A stretch of DNA of 64,000 nt from Mobula hypostoma (taxonomy: Eukaryota), in the NCBI RefSeq assembly GCF_963921235.1, contig NC_086097.1, positions 244,096,001 to 244,160,000 on the forward strand. The letters are read 5' to 3'. The notes beneath the pieces are model-generated. The model had not been told where the DNA came from and did not search any database. It saw only the letters and a list, made by a program, of their open reading frames with translations. The translations under genes and the position numbers were made by a program. Positions 11,501 through 24,974 of the stretch are shown in pieces (within the stretch, counting starts at the first letter, position 1; every line of letters starts with the position of its first letter).

Positions 11501-12625
11501 CTCCAGGAGTTCATTGGACTTCCAGTATGTTTAGGGTTTATAATGTGCAGATGATGTCATCTAGTAGCAAAAACACTACAAAAATTAGAATGTATTGCGA
11601 ATTATCTGGGATAATAAGGAGAATGACAGAAAAATGGAGTGACAGAAAGAAGAATTCCTCAACCGTCAGTTTCTGCGACGGACAACCCATTCGTATGCAA
11701 TTCATTTGTATGTTCTTTGAGTCTGTAAGAATTGTGTTTGGAAATCCTTTGTAGTTTGTAAAACTTTAGTAATTCCAAAATCTTTTATAAATCAGAAATC
11801 CTCTGTGTGTAAAGAATTATTTGTCGAAATTTAAACATGTATCGTTAAAAATAAACTGGTTTGTTAGCTGTTTAAACTAGTTTGTTAGCTGGAAGTATCT
11901 CCTCCTTGGTAGGGAGGGGGCACCCTCCACTCAAGCAGTGGGTATTGGCAGCAAGACCTCACTGCAGAGACTAGGCATAGAAGTAAGCTAGTCCTTGAGG
12001 AGTAGGTGGATACAGTATAACCTTCCTATAGTGAGGCTACCGGAGTAACGTGTTCATTCAAGTTGAGTCGGATGTCCCCTTGATCCAACAGTTCGCTAGT
12101 ACGATAAATTAGACTCTTCACCTCACAGTCTACCTCGCACCTCATTATCTACCTACGCTGCACCTTCTCTGTCGCTGTTACAATTTATTCTGCGTTCTGT
12201 TGTTGTTCTAACTTGTACTACCTCAAAGCACTGTGGAATGATCTGATCTGCATGAACAGTATGCAAGACAAGCTTTTCATTGTATCTTAGTATGTAACAA
12301 CAATAAACCAAGTCAAACTAGTTTAATATAAGCATTGAGAGAGCATACAGTCTGTACTGATTTCTCATTTCCATTGTCAAAGGAAAGACCTGAGCTTTAA
12401 AAGATGGGCTTTATTTCTTTGCATTATAAAGATTATTTATTATGTATTTTATAGGTTCTAAAGGTTTTTTAGTTTTATTCATACGTGAAAAGGTATGTAA
12501 TAATGTGCAATTAAAATGAAGGTATGCCTATTCTTCTTTGGAAAGTAATTTCAGTCTAGAGAGTATCATTAGTGAAAGTAGCATTCACCAGTAATGAAAC
12601 AATCCTGAATCTGCTTGCCCTGCAG

Positions 12626-12758
12626 GATTCCGTTCATCTACAGCTCAGCCGCACATCAAGCTTTCAAGATGAGGACAAAAATAACAAAGAAGAATTTGAA
12701 AAGGATAAAAACAAAGATAAAACCAGTGAAAAACCTAAAATCAAAATGCTGTCTAAAG
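12626..12758 (+). CDS. ARPP21: ARPP21 coding exon (DSVHLQLSRTSSFQDEDKNNKEEFEKDKNKDKTSEKPKIKMLSK), 133 nt, phase 0/1
   Basis: Acceptor gccctgcag and donor aag|gtatgt. KDKNKDKTSEKPKI.MLSK is characteristic of ARPP21. Confidence 0.95.
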
Positions 12759-13136
12759 GTATGTTTATAAAATTAATGCCATTTTGGATTCAAGACCTTG
12801 AAATTCTACCAACTTGGCAGACTACAAGCGCAAAAACTTAAAAAGGATGTCGTTATGGCATTGGTTAAGTGACCTTTAAAAGCGGAAGAAACATTTCTAT
12901 GCATTTTATTTATATCATGTCAAATTCACAAGAATTTTCACTTATTTTTCAGTGGTGCATGTCTGAAAATTGTATTATTTTCTGGAATGCAATTGTAGCC
13001 ATTTCCCGGCCCATGTGTCACTCTGAATATTCGGTGATTAAAAAATAGACTAAAGATTAGCTTTATTTGTCATTGGCACACTGAAACATCAGTGAATTGC
13101 ATCGTTTGCGTCAATGACCAACACAGTCCACGGATG

Positions 13137-14200
13137 TAGAAACATAGAAAACCTACAGCACAATACAGGCCCTTCGGCCCACAAAGCTGTGCCAAACATG
13201 TCCTTATCTGAGAACTGCCTAGGCTTACCCATAGCCCTCTAGTTTTCTATGCTCCATGTATCCATCCAGGAGTCTCTTAAAAGACCCTATCGTATCCGCC
13301 TTCACCATCGCCACTGGCAGCCCATTCCATGTACTCACCACTCTCTGTGTAACAACTTACCCCTGACATGTCCTCTGTACCTACTTCCAAGCACCTTAAA
13401 ACTATGCCCTCTCGTGCTAGCCATTTCAGCCCTGGGGAAAAGCCTCTGACTATCCACACAATCAATGCCTCTCATTATCTTATACGCCTCTATCAGGTCA
13501 CCTCTCAACCTTTGTCACTCCAAGGAGAAAAGGCCGAGTTCACTCAACCTGTTCTCATAAGGCATGCTCCCCAATCCAGGCAACATCCTTGTAAATCTCC
13601 TCTGCACCCTTTCTATAGTTTCCATGTCCTTCCTGTAGTGAGGTGACCAGAATTGAGCAGAATACTCCAAGTGGGGTCTGACCAGGGTCCCATATAGCTA
13701 CAACATTACCTCTCGGCTCTTAGAAACATAGAAACATAGAAAATCTACAGCACAATACAGGCCCTTCGGCCCATAAAGTTGTGCCGAACATGTCCCTACC
13801 TTAGAAATTACTAGGGTTACCCATAGCCCTCTATTTTTCTAAGCTCCATGTACCTATCCAATAGTCTCTTAAAAGACCCTATCGTATCCACCACCATCAC
13901 CGTTGCTGGCAGCCCATTCCACGCACTCACCACTTTCTGTGTAAAAACACTTACCCCTGACATCTCCTCTGTACCTACTCCCAAGCACCTTAAACCTGTG
14001 CCCTCTTGTGGCAGCCATTTCAGCCCTGGGAAAAAGCCTCTGACTATCCACATGATCAATGCCTCTCATCATCTTATACACTTCTATCAGATCACCTCTC
14101 ATCCTCTGTCGCTCCAAGGAGAAAAGGCCGAGTTCACTCAACCTATTTTCATAAGGCTTGCTCTCCAATCCAGGCAACATCCTTGCAAATCTCCTCTGCA
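13137..14200 (-). mobile_element. Two tandem 5'-truncated CR1 3' ends (13137-13720 and 13721-14200)
   Basis: Each starts on + with tagaaacatagaaa...tacagcacaatacaggcccttcggccc. Protein motif LERQRMRGDLIEVYKMMRG. Confidence 0.9.
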
Positions 14201-14299
14201 GCTCACCAGAGTCCTCTATTCTGGCCAGTCTTGCAACTCCAGATGTAGTCCATCTATACATCTTCTAGGTGACGATCCTTCCTTTCCCAGGGATGAGGA

Positions 14300-14915
14300 A
14301 CAAACAGTTGACTTTTCAGGTGGAGACCCTTCATTTGGATTGGAAAGGCGGGTGGTAGAAGCCTGGGCAAGAAGGCGGAGGGAGGGGCAGGAGTACAATT
14401 TGACAGGTGATAGGTGAGGCCAAGTGAGAGGGAAGGTAGGTGGGTGGGGGAAGGGGGGAATGAAGTAAGAAGCTGGGAGCTGATAGGTGGAAGAGTTAAA
14501 GGGCTGAAGAAGAAGGAAGGTGGTAGGAGATGGGGGGTGGACCAAGGGAGAAAGGGAAGGAGGAGGGGCACCAATGGGCAAGTGAGGAGAAGGGAAGGGG
14601 TGAGAGATAAAACAGAACAGGGAATGTAAAGAGAGAGAGAGGGGAGGAGGAGAAATTACTGGAAATTAGAGTAAGTTATGTTGATGCCATGAGAATGGGA
14701 AGCCAATTTGAAATGGGAAATCACACTTTTGTGGTGGATGGAACGAGGTGCTCAATGAAGCGTACCCAAACTACACGGGTCTTCCTAAGCACTGGATATA
14801 GCTGGTGACCTCATCAAGTGGAAGGGGAGGGAGGAGAAATTACTGGAAGTTAGAGGAATCGATGTTCATGCCATCAGTTTGGAGGCTATCCAGACAGAAT
14901 ATGAAGTGTTGCTCC
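14300..14915 (-). mobile_element. Penelope-like 3' remnants (GIY-YIG C-terminus, UTR, decayed hammerhead)
   Basis: gatgttcatgccatcagtttggaggcta matches 63736-63763. Confidence 0.7.
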
Positions 14916-15056
14916 TTCCCTGTCTGCTTTGTTCTTGATGATCATGTTTTCCTTCTCTCACTAGATCAGTTGCTGTATCTAATTCCGTCTTCTGCTTTGC
15001 CCTTTTGAGATGAATGATGAAGATAGCCCACTCATTGGTTCATATCCAACCACTAA

Positions 15057-15209
<153 letters not shown>

Positions 15210-15930
15210 TAAGTAGCTTCCTTGTTTGAGTGATTAGATTCACTAAAAAATATTCTGCACTATATAATAGTTCCAAATATTAACTGCTTTTATCTCCATT
15301 ATCAAACTTTGTTTTAAATTAAAAGTATAAAAGGTGGAACCTATATTTAAATATAACATGAACTGGAATACAGAGAGTAATACTACCTCTCAAAACACAT
15401 GGTTTTGACTCTGAATTAGAAGGTTTAAAATTCTGAAACTGAAATACAACCTTCCTCAAGGCTTCAGTGCTTTGGTTTAACCCATCACAGTATGGGAATA
15501 AGTCTACTCTCAGCGTACAGGTCAATCACTGAAAACAGACTTACAAGATTTATGTTTTTAGCCCGCATTGACAAAATCCCCAGGTACTGAGAACCTTGAT
15601 CGAGAAAATTAATAAAAACAGTATTTATAATGTTGTATCTCAGCCAAAAATAACAAAGTAGGTTCTGAATTTCAAACCTAATAAAGTGAAACCATAAATA
15701 TTTGCCACCTTGTGATCATCCTCAAACCCATCGTTCACATCACCAACTGACCACCAGCAATCACAGAGACCTTCTCCCACCCTAATGGGATCACCGCCAT
15801 TCTCCTATCCTCCGTTCTTTATCCCATTGTTCACCTGCCCTTGTATCTGTGATTCCTGAGATCTCTTCCCCAAAATCCTCTGCTCTAACCTTTTGGGATA
15901 TCTACTGTCACTGCTTATTAACTGCACACT

Positions 15931-16882
15931 GAAATCAAATCAAATTTAACTATCGTTCAAACCTTACAAGGATACAGCTGAACGAGACAGCGTTCCTCTG
16001 GGGCCAAAGGTGCAAAGCACTAAAAATAGCAAGCAAACTTCAAAATAGCAAGTAACATAATTCAAAATAGTGAGCAAAGAAGCATATTCACTTGCAAAAA
16101 AAACACATATATATATAAATAGTCCAAGACCCTGAGCGACAATGTCTGGCAATCAACGGTATAGTCTCTCGGCAGTGTACAGACACACCCATTCAGCCTG
16201 TCATTCCACCACTCAAATATGGAAGGCAGCACCAATGGTAGAAGCCAGAATCTAGCCAAGCGCAGATACCATATGGTAGCACTTCCGCATCTCTCACCTG
16301 GTCTGCAGCAGCAGCAGGCAAGCCCTCAGCTTGAGGCCTAGTCCTCGCTACAACTGAGACAACGCTGCTGCCTCACCACCAAACATGGGAAACAGGCCTG
16401 CAGCAATCAACGTCTAAAAGGGTCTTGCATTCGCAAAAGAAATGTCCAAGACAGTCACTCACGGTTTCTCTGCATGTCGCCTTCATGCACCAACTCTGGT
16501 GCCTTTGAGTAGCAGGCAGCAACACAGCCTGCACCCAGATCAGCTCCTCCGAATACAGTCCAGCTCCTCCCGTGGCCTACTGGCCAGAATCTCCTCCCAG
16601 GGCCCGACGGTATGGCTCACCTCCTGCAGTCTGATAGCCTGACTCTCCTCCTGCAGCTCCCTGGCCAGCCTCCCCTTCATGATTAGTTGGCCAGCTCCTA
16701 CAACAGCCCGGCCAGCTACTCTGAACAACAAGCAACCCACTTATGTGGTTGACATGCTGTACCCGTAGTTATTGTAGTCCAGTGTAGTTTTACGATTAAA
16801 AAAACACATTTAACAAGGAGAAAAGCGCCTATGGTTGGCCTCCGAGAGGCTGCTGCATCTACATGTGCCGCCATACTGGAAG
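15931..16882 (-). mobile_element. Unclassified non-autonomous LINE-like element (~950 bp)
   Basis: (AAATC)n tail on +. The minus strand starts cttccagtatggcggc. The 3' end resembles 51578-51760. Confidence 0.5.
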
Positions 16883-16949
16883 GTAAGACCAGTTGGTAAC
16901 ATTGTGGATATTCATTTGCTTAATCAATCATACCAATCACGCTATAGTA

Positions 16950-17453
16950 ATACCTTAGATCCTCCATTGGTTAGGGTCGACGATGGATGTCTACATGATA
17001 CACAAGCCAGGACAGTACAATACGGAGAGCAAGCTATTTCCCAGGCAGCAGGCTTCCCCTCTCTATGTAGCTGAGGAATCCAAAGGGCAGCAGGGACCAA
17101 TACAGTATGGCACCAGTGACATTGCAGGAGATTCTATTCAACGTTGAACTCAACGTAGGATGGCCTTAGGGACTCCAGCTCCAGATTTTTCCTCAGCATT
17201 TGCTCCCAGAGCTTTCCCCATGGGTGGGTATAGCCACAAGGCAGTAGAGGCTTGAGATCAAAGTTTTCCGTCTCCTAGGTGAGCCCCATCTGCCCGAAGT
17301 CTCCTGTCAGTAGAAATAGTTCTGCTAGGCTTAGTAGCTATGCCACACATGAAGGCCAGGAGCTGGACTTGGTTGTCAGAGGCTATTTGAAACGCATGAC
17401 TTTGGGAGCATTTAATAGGTAGTGTGAGTTTATCCCCACCACCACCCCAGCTA
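16950..17453 (-). mobile_element. RTE-related SINE-like repeat (family C)
   Basis: Aligns along its length with 29735-30315 and shares its 3' module with 27357-27545. Confidence 0.7.
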
Positions 17454-18788
17454 GTTGCTATCACCCAAGAATAAGAACAGAAAATGCTGGAGATCTCAGT
17501 CTCTGTGTAGCGAGAAAGTGTTAATTTTTTTCAGATGTAAATGTTTAACTTTGGTTTTGATGACAGTTCATTGGCTTATAACATGAATTGTTTCTCTGCC
17601 TATATTGCCTAGCCCCCTGAATACTTCCCGACATTTTCAGTTTTTTTTTTCAAACTAGAATGGTTTTCTCACCAAACCATTTTGCCTCCAGTCCTTTGCC
17701 CCTCTCCTACTTTTCAGCTGCATGCTACCCCTCAACTTCATCCCAAATGGAATGGGAACTTATCCCCACTACCACCTCCAGCTATAACAAACTTACTGTA
17801 TTACCCTATAGCCAATAGAATCCACACAATAAAGGCTGATAATATTTCAGAATTAGTAAAGTAAGTAATTACTTAATAAGTAATAAAGACCAATATTAAG
17901 TATTACCATAAAATCCTTTGTATACCTTCTTATTTTGTCTTGGTATGCCAAATAGCTCCAGTCCCCTGCTGTGCAAAGGAAAGCTCCACTCTACAAAGAT
18001 TTCCTTTCAAATGCCTCTCTTGCCTGGATTGGCTGCACACTATCTATAAACAATCCTTGTCTGGCCATTATCTTAACCCTTGTCTTGTTGCAATTTCCAC
18101 ACCTACCAAACCTGCCAGGCAGCAAAATTTAACATTACTTTTCCCTGAGCAGAATCCAACGTGTAACATGAAGTTGCTATCTAGTTGTCTGTCGTTCAAA
18201 ATGGTGATTCATGATGGATCCAGAAACATCAGTAGATGTGGTTGACTAGGTGTGAATATCAGCCATTTTCCCCTTCTTCAATCTTCTTATGACTTGTTGG
18301 AAAACAAATCACAGTGTTTAAATCAGGATATATTATTCCATATCATTGGAGTTGGAGTTTTCCTTTAGGTGTCTCCTTCAAAAACAATATCCATTGACCT
18401 GACCTCAGTGGTGCAGTTAATGTTGTAAAGTCTTTTAGAAGTACATTGCAATCCCAGCATTGTATAGACAATGTTGGATCCTGATGTTTTCATGATTGAA
18501 CGACCTTCGGAATGAATGGGGCCTAAAACCTATTGTTTCCAATTGTTTATTAAGCGTTACAAGAATGGAAAAGGAAAGAGAGAAAGAGTGAAAAACAAAG
18601 AGCCTAGTGGCAAAGCGGAAAGAACAAAAGGGAGAGAGCCAACATAATCTGCTCCTTTTATACCAGATTGCTAATCCCATTGAATTTCCATAGGTAACAG
18701 TTGATCAATAAAATAGCCCCTATTCAATTAATGCAAAACTACAAAGACAACTGTAACCGCTAGAGAACACAATGAATAGTTACATATA

Positions 18789-19293
18789 CAGTACCGTCCA
18801 AAAGTCTTTGGAACATATATATGTAGCGTAGGTATATATGTATTGCACTCTACTGCTGCCACAAAAAAACAACAAATTTCATGATGATAAACCTGATTCT
18901 GATATGGGTCTCTTTCATGGACTGAGAGTGTGAAGGGAACAGGGAGAGGGGAATCATGGTTGGGAATAGGGGAAGGGAGTGGGGAGCACTAGAGAGACAT
19001 TCTGTAATGATCAATATGATCAATAAACCAATTGTTTGGAATCAAACGACCTTGCCTCGGTGTGTCTGCACCCGTACCACCCCCTGCCCCGATACTCCCT
19101 CACTGCCACCTGTCCCACATGCCCCCCCACAGCACCCCATCCACCCCATTCCCGACATCGTTTGCATCCCACCAGATTTACAAACTCACTCTCCACTTCA
19201 TGTTGGCAAATACAGTACTGCGCAAAAGTCTTAGGCACCCTAGCTGTATGTGTGTGTGTGTGTGTGTATATCTCTAAGACTTGCACAGTATTC
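18789..19293. mobile_element. Composite Tc1-type MITE (family A), second copy, with (GT)n in the right hairpin loop
   Basis: TA-flanked and colinear with 6584-7105. Confidence 0.8.
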
Positions 19294-19486
19294 TATTTAA
19301 GGTAATTATATAAAAATACAAACCAGTGCAAGAGAGTGAAACCACAAGAGAAATAACAATTATACAGTCCAATCCAACAACATGATCACACATGGACTTC
19401 TAAAGCATGTGCATGGCTGCACTTGATCCTATTTACAATATATTTCTGTGGTTGCTCATGTTTACTAAGCCACATATCACCTTGTT

Positions 19487-19777
19487 ATTTATTTTTATGA
19501 GTGATCTATTACAGCATAGGCTCTCCGGCCCTTCAAGCTACACCACCCCAGCAACCCACAACGAACCTGATTAACCCTCACCTAACCATGGGACAATTTA
19601 CAATGACCAATTAATCTTTGGACTGTGGGAGGAAAGCAGAGGACCCGGAGAAAACCCACACATTCCATAGGGAGGACATGCAGAGACTCCTAACAGAACA
19701 GCACCTGAAAAACTCCAAACTCTGGAACACGCTGAGTTGCAGCAATGTCACGCTAACCGCTACGCCACCATGATGCC
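19487..19777 (-). mobile_element. tRNA-derived V-domain SINE
   Basis: A/B-box-like head, core gggttttctccgggtcctctgctttcctcccacagtccaaaga, and a CR1-like 3' tail. Confidence 0.8.
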
Positions 19778-19963
19778 CATTTATTCCATCACCCCATGTC
19801 TTTACCATCTGATAAACTTGTTCACTGGGGCTATAATTGGTAATATGAACACTATTGGTATCCCACCGGCATTTTAATGCATCTTTTATTAAATCATGTT
19901 GATGTTACCATGATAACTGATTCATTTCCCTTTGACATGTCTATCCCACCTCTCACATTTGCA

Positions 19964-20261
19964 ACACGGTAGCATCGCAGTTAGACAACGCTATTACAGC
20001 TCAGGGCGTCAGAGTTAGGAGTTCAATTCCACAGCTGTCTGTCAAGGGTTTGTACATGCTCCCTGTGACTGCACGGGTTTCCTCTGGAGGCTCTGGTTTC
20101 CTCCCACAGTCCAAAAACAGACTGGTTAGTAGGTTAATTGGTCATTGTGCATTATCCTGTGATTAGTCTAGGATTAAAATAGGTGGGCTACTGGACAGCA
20201 CAGCTCATTGGACTGGAAGGGCGTATTCTACTCTGTATCTCTAAGTAAATAATTAAATAAA
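19964..20261 (+). mobile_element. tRNA-derived V-domain SINE
   Basis: Head cacggtagc...ggagttcaattcc, core ggtttcctcccacagtccaaa, and an A-rich tail. Confidence 0.82.
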
Positions 20262-20579
20262 ACTCAGTACCATTCAATAAAAGCATGATGACTTTACCCT
20301 GGTCTGTTAGCATCCTGAACATTTTATCTATGTAGTCACAGTCAGAGTTCTTGCACGATTCAGCATAACCTGGTAATTTCACGTTTCACTGTTATTTCTT
20401 TTAAAACTTATGACTTACAGACCCAGCAAGATTTTAACCATGTTTTTTACAAATAATTTTTACCTCTTTTGGACACCAATCAGCAAATTCCGTGGTTGAT
20501 ATACTGAAGTATTAGCTCATTGTACACATTACACATTATTATATATTATACATTTTGTCCCCTACCATCAGGCAGGAGG

Positions 20580-21355
20580 GCCTGGCCCCAACATATCGAT
20601 GCAGTTACAAAGGAGGCACAACAGCAACTATATTTCATTAGGAGTTTGAAGAGATTTGGTACAATATGTCACCAAAGGCTCTAGCAAAGTTCATACAGAT
20701 GTAACCTAATTACATCACTGTCTGGTGTGGAGGGGCCACTATACAGGATTGGAAAAAACTGCAGAGTTGTAACCTTTTAATCTAATGTCTTACCCCTTCC
20801 TTTCCAGCCCTGATGAGGGGTCTCGGCCTAAAACATCGACTGTTTATTCATTTCCGTAGATGCTGCCTGACCTGCTGAATTCCTCCAGCATTTTGTGTGT
20901 GTTGTTCTGGATTTCCAACATCTGCAGAATCTCTTGTATTTAGAAGGTTGTAAACTCAGCCAGTTCCATCATGGGCACTAGCCTCCCAGCGTCAAGGACA
21001 TCTGTGAAAGGAGATGCCTCAAAAAGGTGCCATCCATCAGTCAGGACCCCCATCACCCAGCACATGCCCCCGTCTCATTGCTACCATCAGGGAGGAGCTA
21101 CAGAGCCTGAGGACGCACACTCAATGCTTTAGGAACAACTTTTTCCCTACCGCCATCAGATTCCTGAACGGACAATGAACCCATGTACACGACTTCACTT
21201 TCTTGCTCTCCTTTTTGTATTACTTATTCAATTTAACATCTCATATATATTTCTTATTGTAATTTAAATTTTATTGCTATGTATTGCAATGTACTGCTGC
21301 CATAAAATAACAGATTTTATGTCATATTTCGGTGATATTAAACCTGATTCTGATA
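20580..21355 (+). mobile_element. Rex1/Babar LINE 3' part with an inserted Penelope pLTR tail (20790-20942)
   Basis: Similarity to 55300-55710. Decayed hammerhead at 20806-20841. Confidence 0.75.
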
Positions 21356-21574
21356 CTGAGGTACCGTAGTATTAGGACAAGGACTGTTAGGATGGGAAGT
21401 AACTTCTTCCCCCAGGCCATAAAATGGAGGGAAGCGTTAGATTGATCTTAGAGTAGATTAAAATGCTGGCACAACATTCTGGGTCCAAGGACCGGAACTG
21501 TGCTGTAATGTTTTATGTTCTATAATCAGAACATACATGTTTGTTTAGTGTATATATAGATGAACATTCTTCTT

Positions 21575-22066
21575 TTTTTGCCAGATACGCCTCTGGTGTT
21601 TAGAGCAGAAATTTTGGGTCCTCCATCTCCGGTGGCGTTCACAGCTTCCTTCATCGTGTCAGTAGATTCCTCTCAGTTTGCTGTCCTGGGTGGAGCATCA
21701 GGAATATCATCACACACAGATGTAGAAGGATTCTTCTTTGGTGTTTCCATAACAGTTTTGTTTGACCAGTCAGGGTTGTTAGTCCTGAACTGAACCCCTG
21801 AACCTGGAGGATCAGAGGACCACTCTTAGTTTGGCCTCTACCCTTTGACCTGTTTGGCATGGTAACCCTACCAAGAGACAAAACATAAAGTACTGACTCC
21901 AAGCAACACACACAAAATGCTGGAGGAACTCAGCAGGCCAGGCAGCATCTGTAGAAAAAAGTACAGTCAATGTCTCTTTCCAAACCCTTCAACTGACTCC
22001 AGGCAGCATAGCTGTCTGGGTCATTAAGGCATGCAAGTCACAAAAAGGTTGTGGTCCTCTTGGAGG
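21575..22066 (-). mobile_element. Bipartite RTE-derived SINE (family D) with a short Penelope tail inserted at ~21901-21970
   Basis: The 5' part resembles the RTE/BovB-type 5' UTR (agggtcaccc...caggtca...gtggtcc). Copies at 31485-31875 and 50843-51184. Confidence 0.7.
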
Positions 22067-22475
22067 TTATATATATGAACATGAACGTATATTTTATATA
22101 TACGAACATATACTGTATGTTCATGTAGCAAATATATGTTTTATGTACTTCTATCATGTAACTTTGATTCCATTAGGATTAGCTCTCAGAATCGAAATCA
22201 GAATGAATTTATAATTACCTCCATATATGACATGAAATCTGTTATTTTGCAGAAGCAGTAAAATGCAAAGTCATAAAATTACTAAAAATTACAAAATAAA
22301 TAAATAGTGCAAAATAAAGGGAATAACGAGAGAGTGTTCATGTGTTCGTGAACCATTCAGAAATCTGATGGTGGAGGGGAAGAAGCTGTTCCTGAAACCA
22401 TGGATATGTGTCTTTAGGCTCCTGTACCTCCTCCCTGATGGTAGTAATGAGAAGAGGACATGTCCTGGATTGAGT

Positions 22476-23192
22476 CATAGAAAGGTACAGCACAGAAACA
22501 GGCCCTTTGGCCCATTTAGTCCATGCCTAGCCATTTGAACTACCAACTGGCACTGTTGGCAGTTTAATTTAACATTCCTGCACTGGAATCATAGCCCTCC
22601 GTACCCCTACCACCCATGTACGTATCCAAACTTCTCATAAACGTTGAAATCGAACGCATGTGCACCATTTGCACTGGCAGCTTATTCCACACTCTCACAA
22701 CCCTCTGAGTGAAGAAGTTTTTATTCATGTTCCCCATAAACTTTTTAAGTTTCATCCTTAACCCATGAGCTCTAGTTGTAGTCCCACCCAACCTCAGTGG
22801 AACAATCCTACTTGCCTTCACCCCATCTATACTCCTCATAATTTTGTATACCTCTATCAAATCAAATCACCGCTCCATCTTTTATGTACCAAGGAGTAAA
22901 GACATAACCTATTCAATTTTTTCATATAACTCAGGTCCTTCTGACTAGCAATATCCTTGTAAATTTTCTCTGTACTCTTTCAAACTTATCTACATCTTTC
23001 CTGTAGGTAGGTGACCAAAACTGCACACAATACTCCAAATTAGGCCTCTCCAACATCTTATACAACTTCAACATAACATCCCATCGCCTGCACTCAGTAC
23101 TTTGATTTATGAAGGCCAATGTGCCACCAGCTTTCTTTATGACCCTATCTACATATGATGCATCAAGGAATTATAGACCTGTATTCCCAGAG
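22476..23192 (-). mobile_element. CR1 3' fragment, adjacent to a Rex1 tail (22185-22470)
   Basis: RPNLEYCVQFWSP and NFFTQRVVRVWNKLP. Confidence 0.85.
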
Positions 23193-23194
23193 CC

Positions 23195-24962
23195 ATGGGC
23201 ACTCACATGGGTCCCAGCTATGCCTGCCTTTTTGTCAGCCACGTGGAACAGTCTATGTTCCAAGCCTACACCGGTTTCACTCCCCAACATTTCCTATGCT
23301 ACGTCAACAACTGCATTACTGCTGCTTCCTGCATCCATGCTGAGCTCATCAACTTCATCAACATTGCCTCCAAGTTCCCCCCTACTGTCAAATTTACCTA
23401 GTCCATTTCCAACACTTCCCTCCCCTTTCTCGATGTTTTTTTCTCTATCTCTGGAGTCAGTTTATCTAATGTGGTAAACTGGATCAGCAAATTTGCTGAT
23501 GATACAAAGATTGGAGGTGTAGTAGACAGTGAGGAAGGTTTTCAGAGCCTGCAGAGGGACTTGGACCAGCTGGAAAAATGGGCTGAAAAATGGCAGATGG
23601 AGTTTAATACAGACAAGTGTGAGGTATTGCACGTTGGAAGGACAAACCAAGGTAAAACATACAGGGTAAGGCACTGAGGAGTGCAGTAGAACAGAGGGAT
23701 CTGGGAATACAGATACAAAATTCCCTAAAAGTGGCGTCACAGGTAGATAGGGTCGTAAAAAGAGCTTTTGGTACATTGGCCTTTATTAATCAAAGTATTG
23801 AGTATAAGAGCTGAAATGTTATGATGAGGTTGTATAAGGCATTGGTGAGGCCGAATCTGGAGTATTGTTTTCAGTTTTGGTCACCAAATTATAGGAAGAA
23901 TATAAATAAGGTTGAAAGAGTGCAGAGAAGGTTTACAAGGATGTTGCCGGGACTTGAGAAACTCAGTTACAGAGAAAGGTTGAATAGGTTAGGACTTTAT
24001 TCCCTGAAGCGTAGAAGAATGAGGGGAGATTTGATAGAGTTATGTAAAATTATGATGGGTATAGATAGAGTGAATGCAAGCAGATTTTTTCCACTGAGGC
24101 AAGGGGAGAAAAAAACCAGAGGACATGGGTTAAGGGTGAGGGGGGAAAAGTTTAAAGGGAACATTGGGGGGGCTTCTCCACACAGAGAGTGGTGGGAGTG
24201 TGGAATGAGCTGCCAGACCAGGTGGTAAATGTGGGTTTTTTTTTAACATTTAAGAATAAATTGGACAGATACATGGATGGGAGGTGTATGGAGGGATATG
24301 GTCCATGTGCAGGTCAGTGGGACTAGGCAGAAAATGGTTCAGCACAGCCAAGAAGGGCCAAAAGGCCTGTTTCTGTGCTGTAGTTTTTCTATGGTTTCTA
24401 TTGATATCTTTCATAAACCCACTAATTCTCGCAGCTACCTGGACTATACCTCTTCCCACCCTGTCACTTGTAAAAATGTCAAGCCCTTCTCTCAGTTCCT
24501 CCATCTCTGCCGTATCTGCTCTCAGGATGAGGTTTTTCATTCCAGAGCTAATGAGATGTCCTCCTTCTTCAAAGAAAGGGGTTTTCCTTCCTCCACCATC
24601 AACACTGTCCTCACTCGCATCTCTTCCAATTTACACGTTTGCGTTCACCCCATCCTCCCGCCACCCCTTGTCACTCTTGTCCACACCTATCACCCCACTA
24701 ACCTTTGCATCCAGCACATAATTCTCCACAACTTCTGCCATCTTCAATGGGATCCCACCACCAAGTACATCTTTCCTCCCCCCCACCCCATCACTTTCTG
24801 CAAGGATCACACCCTATGCGACTTCCTTCTCCCTTCGTTCCTCCCCACTGATCTCCCTCCTGGTACTTACCCTTGCAAGCAGAGCAAGTGCCACACCTGC
24901 CCCTACACCTACCATTCAGGACCCCAAGCAGTCCTTCTAGGTGAGGTAACACTTCACCTGTG
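23195..24962 (+). mobile_element. Penelope-like RT fragment split by a CR1 insertion
   Basis: MGTHMGPSYACLF before the insertion and YLDYTSSHP...SQFLHLCRICS after it. Colinear with 44780-45645. Confidence 0.85.
23469..24400 (+). mobile_element. 5'-truncated CR1 (RT C-terminus and 3' UTR)
   Basis: ISKFADDTKIGG, LYKALVRPNLEYC, and a ttctatggtttcta tail. Confidence 0.9.
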
Positions 24963-24974
24963 AGAATGTTGGGG

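Noticed and set aside
11853..11891. Short tandem duplication (aaact.gtttgttagctg x2), and CRISPR-like or other prokaryotic features generally
   Set aside because: Only two units with no spacers. The window is eukaryotic intron/exon DNA.
12445..12498. Possible cryptic microexon (atag|gttctaaag|gt, and the donor aag|gtatgt at 12493)
   Set aside because: The 9-nt version has a weak donor, the longer versions break frame, and there is no homology support.
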